Below, piece after piece: positions 1 through 15,457 of a stretch of DNA of 64,000 nt; the first letter of the stretch is position 1, and every line of letters begins with the position of its first letter. The stretch lies in contig NW_005434611.1 in the NCBI RefSeq assembly GCF_000315625.1, positions 312,045 through 376,044 on the forward strand. Direction: 5' to 3'. The translations under genes were made by a program, and so were the position numbers. The notes under the pieces are model-generated. The model had not been told where the DNA came from. It did not search any database and was given only the letters and a program-made list of their open reading frames with translations. The DNA is from Guillardia theta CCMP2712 (taxonomy: Eukaryota; Protista; Cryptophyta).

Positions 1-75
1 GCGAAGCGTGAGGTAAAGAAACAAGATTATGATGAACGAGGGGAAGAGAGAGAAGGACATGAAGAGAGAAGAGAA

Positions 76-4582
<4,507 letters not shown>

Positions 4583-4636
4583 CGGCCCCCGAAAAGTTGT
4601 TTGCGTCCGTTTCAAAACGTTGCAAGGGTGTGAGCG

Positions 4637-4694
4637 ATGGCGATGGCTAGCACGTTGAGGATCCCTGTGATCCGCGCGATGAGCATGGGAAGGA

Positions 4695-4761
<67 letters not shown>

Positions 4762-6034
4762 GAGAGCGTGGATGCACCGGATCTGCTACATGAGGCGATG
4801 GAGTGGAGCATGCAGCTCCTCTGAGGTCTTGAGGAGGGGTAGAGGGATGAGCACCGGATCACTGCCGTCAGGAGCTCAGCAGCACTTGTACGTGCACGAG
4901 AGCTCGAGGGTCAGCGACTCTGCTCGCATCGGCTCCTTCTGCTCGATCCTCGAGAATGTGATCGTAAGAGCTGCTCCTCCCCCCCCCCCCCGCTGCCTCT
5001 CACCGCGACCCGGCAGATTGAGGATGGTGTGGTTATTGGCAGCTCGTCTGTTATAGGACCGCATGTTGGTATTTCCTGCTTGCTGTGAATGAGACGTTCG
5101 CTCAACTATTTGACTCAGTGATTAAGAAGAACTCTACAGTTCACAGCAACGTGAACATCTCCAACTGCACTCTCGGAGAGGAAGTGGTGATCTGGCCTGG
5201 AGTTTGCATCGGCCAGGTTGCTTCTCACACGTTGAGAGGATGGTATGTTCTGAACCATCAAGTAGGATGGGTTTGGCTTCAACATTTCTCAATCAGGGTA
5301 ATGCTGTACTCCGTTCCTTCTAACAACCTGACACCTTGCCAAGTGACCCGACCAAGAAGCCTCAGACGCTGAGGGTAGAAGTTCATGACCATGTTGAGAT
5401 CGGCGCAAACTGTAAAGAGGATGTTGGCTGAGATGAGCTGAGCTCACAAGACGTGCTGCAGGCACAATAGACCGTGGAAGCTGGAGACAAACAGTCATTG
5501 GGTCCAACACCAAGTTAGACAATATGGTGTTCTTTCTTCTCAACAGAGAGCCAACGTGTGTGGAGAATTGATGAAGATCAGGTTCACATAGCTCACAATG
5601 TTCAGATTGGGAAAGGAGTCATGATCGCAGCACAAACAGGCATTGCTGGTAGTTGTTGTTCTCTCCGACAGCACAGAGTGAAGAGCTTTCCTGAAGGAAG
5701 CTGCGATATCGGCGACTATGTTCTTATAGGAGGACAAGTAGGGATCGCTCAACACCTCAAAGTTGGATCCAAAGCCAAGGTTGCGATGGTGAAGAGGTCG
5801 TGGACGGTAGTTGATGAATGATCTACAGATCGCTGCGAGGAGTGCTGTGATGGGAAATGTTGGAGATGGAGAGACTGTTGGAGGTTCGCCTGCCGTTCCG
5901 ATCAGGTGAAGGAGGAAAAAGAGGAGGAGGAAGTGGAGGAGGATGACTGATAGTGTGGAAGGCAATGGCATAAGCAAACTATCTTCCTTGCAAGGGCGAC
6001 CGCGAGACAACCGATGGATTCGAAGACAGATTGA
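4637..6034 (+). CDS. lpxD: UDP-3-O-acylglucosamine N-acyltransferase (LpxD-like, hexapeptide left-handed beta-helix), probably mitochondrial; about 10 exons
   Basis: Spliced product: ..[17 protein letters not shown]|[33 protein letters not shown]|[24 protein letters not shown]|[22 protein letters not shown]|[23 protein letters not shown]|[34 protein letters not shown]. Contains the LpxD signatures GQDGFGF, IGANxTIDRG and DNxVHIAHNV. The N-terminus is Arg-rich and acid-poor. Confidence 0.9.
4695..4760. repeat. (GCAGGA)n hexamer repeat encoding poly(Ala-Gly) in the LpxD presequence
   Basis: About 11 copies visible, in frame with the ATG at 4637. Confidence 0.85.
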
Positions 6035-6096
6035 GATTGAGAATACAAGTTGTAATCGGAACAGTTTGGTCTACTCGCTTCAATTCGGTCTCATGC

Positions 6097-8300
6097 TCAT
6101 CCTTCCAGCACTCGCTCACAGCTGACCTTGATCAAAAATGTGCAGCGACGCAGCAGGTACGTTGGTCAAGTACATCTCCTTCCTCGTCTCTCAACTTGTC
6201 GCTCAGACTAGTGGCTATTGCTATTTCGTTGCCCATCGTGGTCTTTGTTCCAGCCTGACACTGACCTGCCGTCAGTCGTGCCCTCTGTCTCCGCTCTCTC
6301 AAACAACGTACAATGACGTTCATGGCCTCCAAGGGTCGGCTGATGCGACTGCACTTCGTACACTTCGGGCATGCCCTGGAGCTTGTCAGATCGAGTGAGA
6401 GACGATAGATCCCTTACCTCGTGGCTTCGTCGCACGTCCATGCTCTCACGCTCAGCTATGCGCTCTCCATGCAGATACTGAGCAACGAAGGTCAAGACAA
6501 TGGTCAAGGAAGTGTTGAGAGGAGGAGGGAAGAGAAGGGGAGGAGCGAGGGAAACAAGAGAAGGAGCAAAGAGGAGGAAGGAAAGGAGGGAGCGCCGTAG
6601 AAGGAGAGGGAAGGAGAGAAAGGAAGAATCAACATACCTCGCCATGGCAGACGATGTCGAGGCCCATGAGTTCCTCCTCCACGGCCACCCGCAGCCCCCA
6701 GACCGCATCGATGAGCTTGAGAAGCACGAGGGACCCGATGCAGGACCAGCCGATGGCGAACAAGATCCCGTAGAGCTGCAGGTAGAGCTGCTCCGGCTTC
6801 CCATAGAACGCTCCCTTGTGCCCCGATCCCTTCCCTGTGATGTCCTCCGTAGCGAAAAGACCCGTCATGATGCCTCCAACCACCCCCCCTGGCCCATGGA
6901 TCCCGAAGGCATCGAGCGCATCGTCGTACCCCAGGCGGTGTTTGAGCTGGCAGACGAAGTAGCAGACGGGACCCGCGAGAAGTCCGAAAAAGAAGGCTCC
7001 TGTGCAGTCAACATAGCCTGCTCCCGGCGTTATGGCCACTAGACCAGCAACGGCTCCACTGATGATGCCCAGCACACTGCCAGCAGGGCGTTATCCGAGG
7101 AAGAAGAGCAAGGAATGGGGAGAGGCACCTGGGGCGTTTGCGCATGATCCACTCTGTGCACATCCAGGCGAGGGCGGAGACGGCGGTCGAGATCTGAGTC
7201 ACCGCCATTGCCATGGCCGTCTGCAGCTCACCAAGTCAGAAGCTCCGTCAGGTCGACAGCCGCTCCCTCACCATCTTGTGCGCAGAGAGATACGAGCCAG
7301 CGTTGAAACCGAACCATCCGACCCACAGCAGGGATGCTCCAAGGACTGACACGAGGATGTTGTGTGGGCTGAAGTTCTCCTTGCCGTAACCTGTCCTGCT
7401 CCCGATGACAAGGCTGGGGGGGAGAGAGGTCAGTGAACGAGCAGCAAGCTCCTCCTCCCATGCTCACCTTGCCATGAGGCCTGAGCAGCCTGCTGCAACG
7501 TGCACTACGTTGCCTCCGGCGAAATCGAGGATGCCTTCGTCCTTGAGAAACCCGTCTGTCATCCAGTGGGCGTGAGCGATGGGGCAGTAGACGAGCAAGT
7601 GCCATAGCGCCATGAAGAGAAGCATTGGTGAGAAGCGCATCCGGTCCGCAAACGCTCCGCAGATGAGAGCCGGGGTGATGATAGCGAACATCAGCTCGTA
7701 AACCATGAAGAGAGGCTCTGGGATGGTGGGCGCGAGGACATGGCCGGTGTCGTACGACATTCCCAGAAGCCAGAACCTGGTGTGCCCTCCAAATAAAGGA
7801 GAGCCTGTCGTGAAGGAAAGGCTGTAACCAAAGCACATCCAAAGGACTGTGATCAAGCATACGATACTGAAGCTCTGCATCACCGTCGACAGCACGTTGT
7901 TCACTCTGACCATACCTCCGTAAAACAGAGCAAGGCCTGGAATCGTCATCATCAGCACCAGGGCAGAAGACGTGAGGACCCAGGCGCTGTCCCCGGCACT
8001 AAGAGGGTTGGAAAGTTTGACCTGGATATCGCTGACATTCACTGCTAGTTGCCTCACATTGACGCCATCCAAGAGCTTCTCAACAGTTTGCAACCTGGTG
8101 CTCAAGGGGTCGGTGCTCTGCCTGAGACCCGGGGATCTCTCCTTTTCGAGTTGGGATATTCTTGCTTCCAACGATTTGATGACGTTGGCCTGATTCTCCA
8201 CGATCTTCTTGAAGGAATCGTTGCTAGCGTCAATCTGACCTGAAAGGATCTCTCCGACCATTATCATAAACATAATCACATGATAGATAACTCTCGCCAT
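6097..8300 (-). CDS. amt: Ammonium transporter, AmtB/Mep-type, with N-terminal signal peptide and coiled-coil extension; multi-exon
   Basis: [92 protein letters not shown] and EEELMGLD; both pore histidines are present. The 3' exons are approximate. Confidence 0.95.
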
Positions 8301-9590
8301 GCTGTTCAAAGACTTTGTCTTTCTTCAAAGAATGATTTTCTCTAAATGTTTGCCCGATTGTGTGCAGCTGCTCCTACGTCAGTACGGGCGAGCATTCTGC
8401 CGGGGATGCTGATATCGAAGGAGTCTTATGATTAAGAAGTTGGCAAAGAGACGAGACAACAAACATCGCCATGCTCTGAGAAACTGTGCACGTCTGTACC
8501 CGATGAATGTACGTGAAACAATGGGAGAAGCGACGAGGTCGTCAGTGATACCCAAGAGAGCACGCACGGTGTGCCTTACAACGAGAGCATGGCATGTGCT
8601 TGTGGGTACGACAGAGAGGAACAAGAAGGGGACAGGAAGAGGTTAGAGAGGAGGAGGAGAGTCTGTTGCACAACAAGGGAAGAGGGAGAAGTCAGTTAGG
8701 ATGCGACGAGGAGGGATGGGGAGAGGAGGAGAGGTTGATGGAGGGAGAGCTCAGTTCCTTGTGAGCATCGATCGGGAGAGTGAACTGAACGTTGGCGGAA
8801 GCAATTATTGTTTAAAACTCTTTGTACAAAATTGAACTCTGGCATTGAGTACAATTGACATGATTTATTGGTACAGAATATGAACTAAATTCAAAAAGTT
8901 CTGTAAAACATACTTTGGGTCCTATATGGATACTTAGGAAGCCCTATGCTCCATCAATATTTTTTTTAGAGCCGCAAGGTCGTGGCCCTTATGTGTACTG
9001 AGTTTCGACTCAAAAACAATTTTTATGATTAAACCCATACAAACTAAAACATAATTAAAACTTAAAACTACTTATGCAATGCGCCAACCTATTTGGATTT
9101 CCGCCTCCTATAAGATTGGGGATGAGCGGGCCACACAAGGCGCCAGATAGCGACCAATGAAAATCCGGCAATACCTGAAAAAAACTCAGTGCCAGGCCAC
9201 CGGGAATCCACCTTGGACCGGGCCCCGGTGATACCAGCATCTAGTTATGTTTACTCAAAGTTAAGTTAAAAATCAGTAACTAGCCCGGGCCTGTTACTTC
9301 GGCAGTCCGTCCGGTCGCAGTGCCGCCGGGGCCCGCCGGAACTCAAAACCTACAATAGGCTATGAGCCTCTTTGGCGGAGCGAGGGAGGGCGGCACATGG
9401 CAAGGCCCCCCCCCCTTCCCCTCCCTTCAACTCCCTTCAGGTCGAGATGTCCTGCCTGGCGTCTCCTGGAGCCTTGCTGTCTCGTTCGAGAGACATAGGA
9501 CAGACGTGGTTCTTCTCCTTGTTGTCCTCCTTGCTTCCTCCACTGCCCCTTGCCCCTCTCACGTCTCCCTTACAAAGTCTCCCCATCAAC

Positions 9591-10250
9591 ATGTCTGTGT
9601 TGATTGACGACGCCGCCTCCTTGGCCTTCGTCCTGATGGCAACAGTCTTGGTATCCATGTTGATCTATCTCCTACTCCTGGATCAGGATAAGCCGCCACT
9701 TCGCGACCGACTTCTGGCTGTGCTCGTCTCGTGCTACTTGCTCGACACTAACGGATGTCACAGGCCATCAAAGCTTTGGATAGAGACAAGTACGTGAGGG
9801 GAGGCGCGTTGTCATCCAGAATCCATGATGCTCAGCATGCACGAAAAGTTCAGTGAACCGCAACAACATCTGTTTACTCTTGAACATAACAACATTCTAA
9901 TGGTACAGTTCCCGTAGTAGGATCAGACAACGATAACGGACGGCTCTTGCTCTTCTATCTCAGGTTGCAGAAGGCTCAACTATGATCAGTGCGTCAAGAA
10001 AGACAATGTGCGAACAAGCGAGCAAGAAACCGCATGTCTCATTGGACTTGGGATTTCTTCATGAACATCTTGGTTGTCCATCGGAACAAACACAGGGCTT
10101 GGCTAGAGCAACACGTGAGAAAATACGCGAGGATGGTGAAGAGACAAACTTCATCGGTTGTGGGCAATGCTCTGGACTGCAACAGCAGCTGCATACTCCT
10201 CAGTGTTTTGTTCTGCTGCTCGACAAGCGATCGAAGTTCTGCCACCTGAC
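9591..10250 (+). CDS. Hypothetical small multi-exon protein with N-terminal TM segment
   Basis: MSVLIDDAASLAFVLMATVLVSMLIYLLLL followed by plausible short GT-AG introns; no recognisable domain. Confidence 0.3.
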
Positions 10251-13200
10251 CAGGTTCTGTTGAGGTCTCGTTCGCAGAGAGAAGAACGGAGGGAGCGAAG
10301 GCGAGAGGGAGAGAGGAAGCAAGCAAGCTCTCTGGTCAGACCTCGTTGTCCATGTTGGTGCTTCTCTGCTCTATCGATCGAACCTTCGCGTAGAAAGTGT
10401 CGTCCAACTGACCGAAAAGTCTCAGACGTCACGTCACAGTCTGCAATGCAGGCATGCTCGAGAAATCAGCCACCTGCTTCCTGCTCTGCTCGAGCTGGCT
10501 TCCTAGCCTGCGGGCATGTTAGATGACGTTTGTCTTCGAGTCCATCAATCTCCGCATCCTCTGTCTTCACCTCAAAGTCATGCTGTAGAGAATGTTTGCC
10601 TGAGCTTCTATCTGACTCTCTTTGGAGATGAACTTCTTCGATCTTGAGGAGAGACAGAGTCAGCAGCAGGAGAGAAATGAAAGCAACATGCTTCGTCCGT
10701 CGGTAGTCGTGCAGCCTCTCCACCAGACGTGAAAAACTCTCTCTCCTGTATCGATGAGGATTTGCCTGGGCGCTTCCATGGGTTGTCAGGCGGTACAACG
10801 GGGTCTAGAGCCTCTCACCTGTAACAAGCCCCCTTCTTCTTGGCTCGGACGTTGATCACTCCCGGAAGATTCTTCGAGGAGGTTCAGTTTGTACAGGAAC
10901 GTGGAGGAACAGAGCAAGGAGGGCGAGAAGGGCAAGGAATTGAGAGAGAGTTCAGCACCAGGATCTGACTCAAAGTCGATTCTGGCGAGAAATCAGCCTG
11001 TGCAGGAGGTGAGCTCAGGAGAAGGAGCGAAAGAAGACGATAGACTGTTGGGGAGCAGAGCAGGTCGGAGGAAGTCAAGTGAAGCGCTAGAAGAGTGAGT
11101 CCAAAGAATACCATCTTGTAGTCATCAGACGGGATGACAATGAAAGTGCTCGTCTTGTTGGCGACTCCTGTGGCCTTCAAAACTCTCCCTCCGAACCTTC
11201 AACAACAGCATGTCATCGACTACGTCGCAATCTACTTCATCTCCACCTCTGCGCGAGTTGGGATGGCAGAGTTCTGTTCTCCTGCAGAAGGAACGCGTCA
11301 AGGTGGGTCTATACTTTGCCCTCCCTCCCGCCGTTACATCGAGCTCGACGATGAGTCCTGACATGTTCCATAGAATTGGCCTGCCTGCCGTCAAGGCGGA
11401 AAGAGAAGGAGCGAGCAGACCCGTTGCCAAAGTGAGTGTAATACCTCCACCATGCCTGGGAGGAAGTGAACACAATGAAGTAAGGAAGACAGTCAGTCAA
11501 AGACATGGGGAGATGTAAGACGCGGTGAAGTGGTTGGATGCAGGGGCAAGTAGAAGGGTAAGAGCAGTGTTGAGAAAAGGAGACGCAAAGGAGGGATGTT
11601 GAGTAGATGTAGGACGACAAATCCGATTATCAAGACCTGATGGAAGAACACCCAACAACCTCACCTGGATCAATCTCGTAGATGCGATCTTTTTCTGCAG
11701 GAATGATTTTCTTGACTGTTGGCCGTATGAGACTCTTTGCCACGTGAGACGAGACACTTTTAGAGCTGACCTGAACGACGGCTATGAATCGTTCCTCCAC
11801 TTTTGTGGGCGTTGTCCTGACTCCGACAGTCATGTTCGAGCTGACATGACAAACTGACTTTCACCATTGGAGGAAGACGCTGGTGAAGAAGTTTGCGATA
11901 AGCATTCCTCCGAATGCCAGGAGAACGCAAGAGATCCGACCGATGATGGTCAGAGGAAACAGGTCCCCTGCTCGATGACGCATTTCAACACCTCTCACAT
12001 CTCCTTCCCATCTTGCGATGAGCTCCTTTCATCATCACCGTATCCCACGGTAGTCGCCGTCACGATGGAGAGCCAGACACAATTCTCAAAGTGGAGGAGG
12101 ATGGGCTGCGATGGGGCTTCACCGATGCGAACTGACGAAGAAAATTCCATAAGCTCGAGTCCGGTGGTGCCGCGAGCATTGAAGGAATACCAAAGTATGC
12201 ACCGACAGCGAGGAGGAACGATGTGCAGACGAACAGGACGAGGAAGGGCGACCTAATGGAAGTTAGATGGGAGCAAGAAGAAAGCAGAGGAATCGATCAG
12301 CTACTTCCTTGAGAAGTTGCGAGAGAGTGAAAGGAGGAGGATGAGGACGTAGAGGACGAGAGGGTAGGGGGCACGAGGAGGAGGAGGAGAAGGAGAAGGA
12401 GGAGGAGGAGGAGGAGGAGGAGAAGGAGGAGGAGGAGGAGGAGGAGGAGGAGAAGAAGGAGGAGGAGGAGGAGGAGGAGGAGGAGAAGGAGGAGGAGAAG
12501 GAGGAGGAGGAGGAGGAGGAGGAGTAGGGGGAGGAGGAGGCTTGTCAGGAAAGGAAGGGTCGAGGGGATGTAAAGGAGAGATACCGATGAGTGAAAATTC
12601 TGAACCAGAAGAGCTGGGAAGTCCAAGTTGAGCTCAGCAAGGAGAGCTGCTGTTATCCACCTGAGACTTGATGTCGACGCCTGCCAACCGAGCCGCGAGC
12701 AGAGACTGCCAGAGACATTAGGAAGAGGAAGGGGCGAGGAGGGAGAAGGGAGGAGGGAGGATGGAAGAAAGAGGAAGGAGGACAGACGAGGCTGGAGGGA
12801 AGAAAGAGGAGGGGAAGAGGAGAGGACGTGGAGAGGAAAGGAAGTCGTTTGAGAGAAGGAGCTCTCACGTTTAGGTCATGGACGCAGACGATTTCACGGA
12901 GGGTTCTTGTGAGGAGGAACAGCCGGAACCTCCGCATGCCACGTCAGCACTCGAATGCAACGATCCCTCCCTGCCCTCCCTGCCCCCCGCTCCGTCCAAA
13001 CTCACATGGAGAGAAGAGCGCCAATGGAGTCGGAGGAGTAGATGACCTTCTCCTACAGCATGTGAGGAGGAGACGGAAACGAGAAGAGACTGACTCCGAG
13101 CTGACTGTGACTCTCCCACTCAACATCGAGGAAGGGAGGACAGTGAAGCATTGCGATGAAGCACTCGAAGAAGCACTAGAGAAAGTCAAAGAGCTCGTAG

Positions 13201-14200
13201 GATGGAGGAGAAATGGGCAGGGGGAGAGGGGAAAGAGTGAGGAGGGAGGAGAGTAGCAAGGGACTCACGCGAGTATAATCTTTCCTGCTAGCGATCGGTT
13301 CGCCTGGCAGTCTCCGTCGTGAGAACTCCATACTGAGGGAGACAAGTGAGACGAAGCAGGAGAAAGAGCAAACAACCGCAAGATCCTGTCATAATGATAC
13401 TTGACGATCAAGATCACCAGGAAGATTGAGAACAGCAGAACCAACCCCTGCAGGGCTAAGTGTCACATTCATAAAAGCCCTTGCTCGCAACATCGAACGC
13501 AGGGTTGTCACCTTCAAGGTTGTGGATGTCGTACAGAATCCGTGCTTGTAGTAGACCTCGTTCTCTGGATCAAAGGTAAGGGAGGCTGCTGCAGGCCTGA
13601 ACCATCGCACTACCTATCACTGCAAGCACAGATCCACACAGCGCAACTATGCTCATGAGGTATGGCGCCATCCCTCCCTTTGCCTGAGCACGTCGATCGG
13701 TACCTGACGGATGCTCCTCCTCCTCCTCCTTCTGCTCACCTTCAGCAGGTTCACCTTATGGCTCAAGACTAAATCCTTGAGGGCCTGACGAGCAAGAACG
13801 ATTAGTCTTGGAGAGAGCCGAGGAAGAAGATCGACAGTGTGCTCTTTGATCAGCTCCGTCCTCTTCCTGTTCTCCTCCATGTCGAGCATATCCGTGGCTA
13901 TCGATCTGAGCTGCTGTCGGTTGAAGCTGGAGGATTCGCAGGTAACATGCTGACCTGCGTGCGGTGTTCTTGTCTCTCCTTTTTCTCTCGTTCTCGACAA
14001 GAAAGTTTGAGAAGCCGCTGGGTATAATGCAAGAAAGCTCACCAGCAAGGTGATTCTGCAGGGACAACACAAGTAGAGCCTGTCCACAGATCAAAATGTG
14101 CTCTGGTGTTGACGACTGTGGAATATTCCGTCATTGCTCACATGTTTGAATCTGGGTCCTCTGTGGAGATCGTGGCCCGCCATGCGCTCGTTTTCGTGAA
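10150..14200 (-). CDS. SK/KCNN-like 6-TM potassium channel with C-terminal IQ motif and coiled coil; many short exons, termini approximate
   Basis: Manual splicing gives S1 YLMSIVALCGSVLAVIENEV, S2 TLKGLVLLFSIFLVILIV, S3 FFECFIAMLHCPPF, S4 LLSMFRLFLLTRTL, S5 SPFLVLFVCTSFLLAVGAYFVRIGE, pore FENCVWLSIVTATTVGYG|DLFPLTIIGR (intron 11968-12038), S6 ISCVLLAFGGMLIANFFTSVF, then TKVEERF..KKIASTRLIQ|AWWRYY. Confidence 0.88.
12376..12540. repeat. (GAG/GAA)n microsatellite in a K-channel intron
   Basis: Directly visible. Confidence 0.9.
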
Positions 14201-14564
14201 TTCTTGCTTGCACCTGGAGCAAACAAAATCCAAGAGCTGTTCGGTAGACCATCATGCATTCGAACTGGTAAGATCACAACAAGTCACTGACCTTGATCTT
14301 CCGGAAGATATGCGCGTTTTGCTCTTCTGCACCCCAAGAATGAATGTTGGCAACACAAGAACATTTGGAAGTCCTGACCCGCTGTGATGAGAAGTTGCTG
14401 GATAAGACCGAACGATCATCAGTACATGGGCGGACGAACAACGCATGTTATCTCACCGAGACTACGGAGCCGCTCCGAGAAAATATTGACATCTGCACAA
14501 AAAAAAAGCAACCCATTATCGTAATCATTAACATTAGCATTATCATCGTCATGATCATCTACAT

Positions 14565-14605
<41 letters not shown>

Positions 14606-15457
14606 ACTCCTTCTCCATCATCAACTCCATCATCATCTGCATCATCGTCGCTCATCAGTGATGCTCGCATCTGTGCATCTCAGTTGCGCATTTGTCAACC
14701 TAGAGAAAACGAAACGGTCCGTAACGGAAATGAAATGCAGTTCGGCGACCAAGGACGAGGAAGAGGTTGAAGGCAGGAGAGGAGATGAGGAGCAAACATG
14801 AAAGGTGGAAGAGAGGACAGAGAGAAGAGAGAGGAGAGGAGAGGAGGGAGGAGGGAGGAGGGAGGAGGGAGGAGGGAGGAGGAGAGACGGAGGAGGAGAG
14901 GGACAAGGATAGAGCGAGGTAGGAAAGAAGGAAGTGCAGGAAGGAGAAAGAGGAGAGAGCGGAACAGGAGCAGGAGGGATGCTTGAGGATAGAGCAATGA
15001 ACAGAAGTAGGTGGAAAGGAGAGAAGACAAGAGAAGGAGGAGGCAAGGTGGAGGTCACAGCGATTTTGGGAAGCGTGCGTGTTTGGAAGGGTTGAGATCA
15101 AGGCAGGAAGATGTTGGAGATGACAGAGATCGGTTTGATGAGATGAATCTGGTTCCATGCAAGACGTCAGATAGTTTCAGTCGCAGGAGAGGAGGTGGAG
15201 GTGGACGCTAGATGTTGGGATACCGAGGGATAGAGGGGAAGTACGGGGAGGGGTGGAGGAGGGGCCAGAACTCAGAAAAGGATCGATCCTGGTGGCGTTG
15301 ATGAGGAAGAAAGTTGAGTAGGATGACTCCTGCGATTCGATTGAAAGCAAGCAGAGATCGCTTCCCTCCCCTCACGTTGTTGGTTGACATCAAATCTACA
15401 GGCATGTGAAGGATGGGGTATGTGGAGGGATTATAGAGATTGATATACAAGAACATC

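Noticed and set aside
6097-14200. Amt plus K+ channel as a functional gene cluster
   Set aside because: Adjacency alone is weak evidence in a gene-dense eukaryotic genome of unrelated neighbours.
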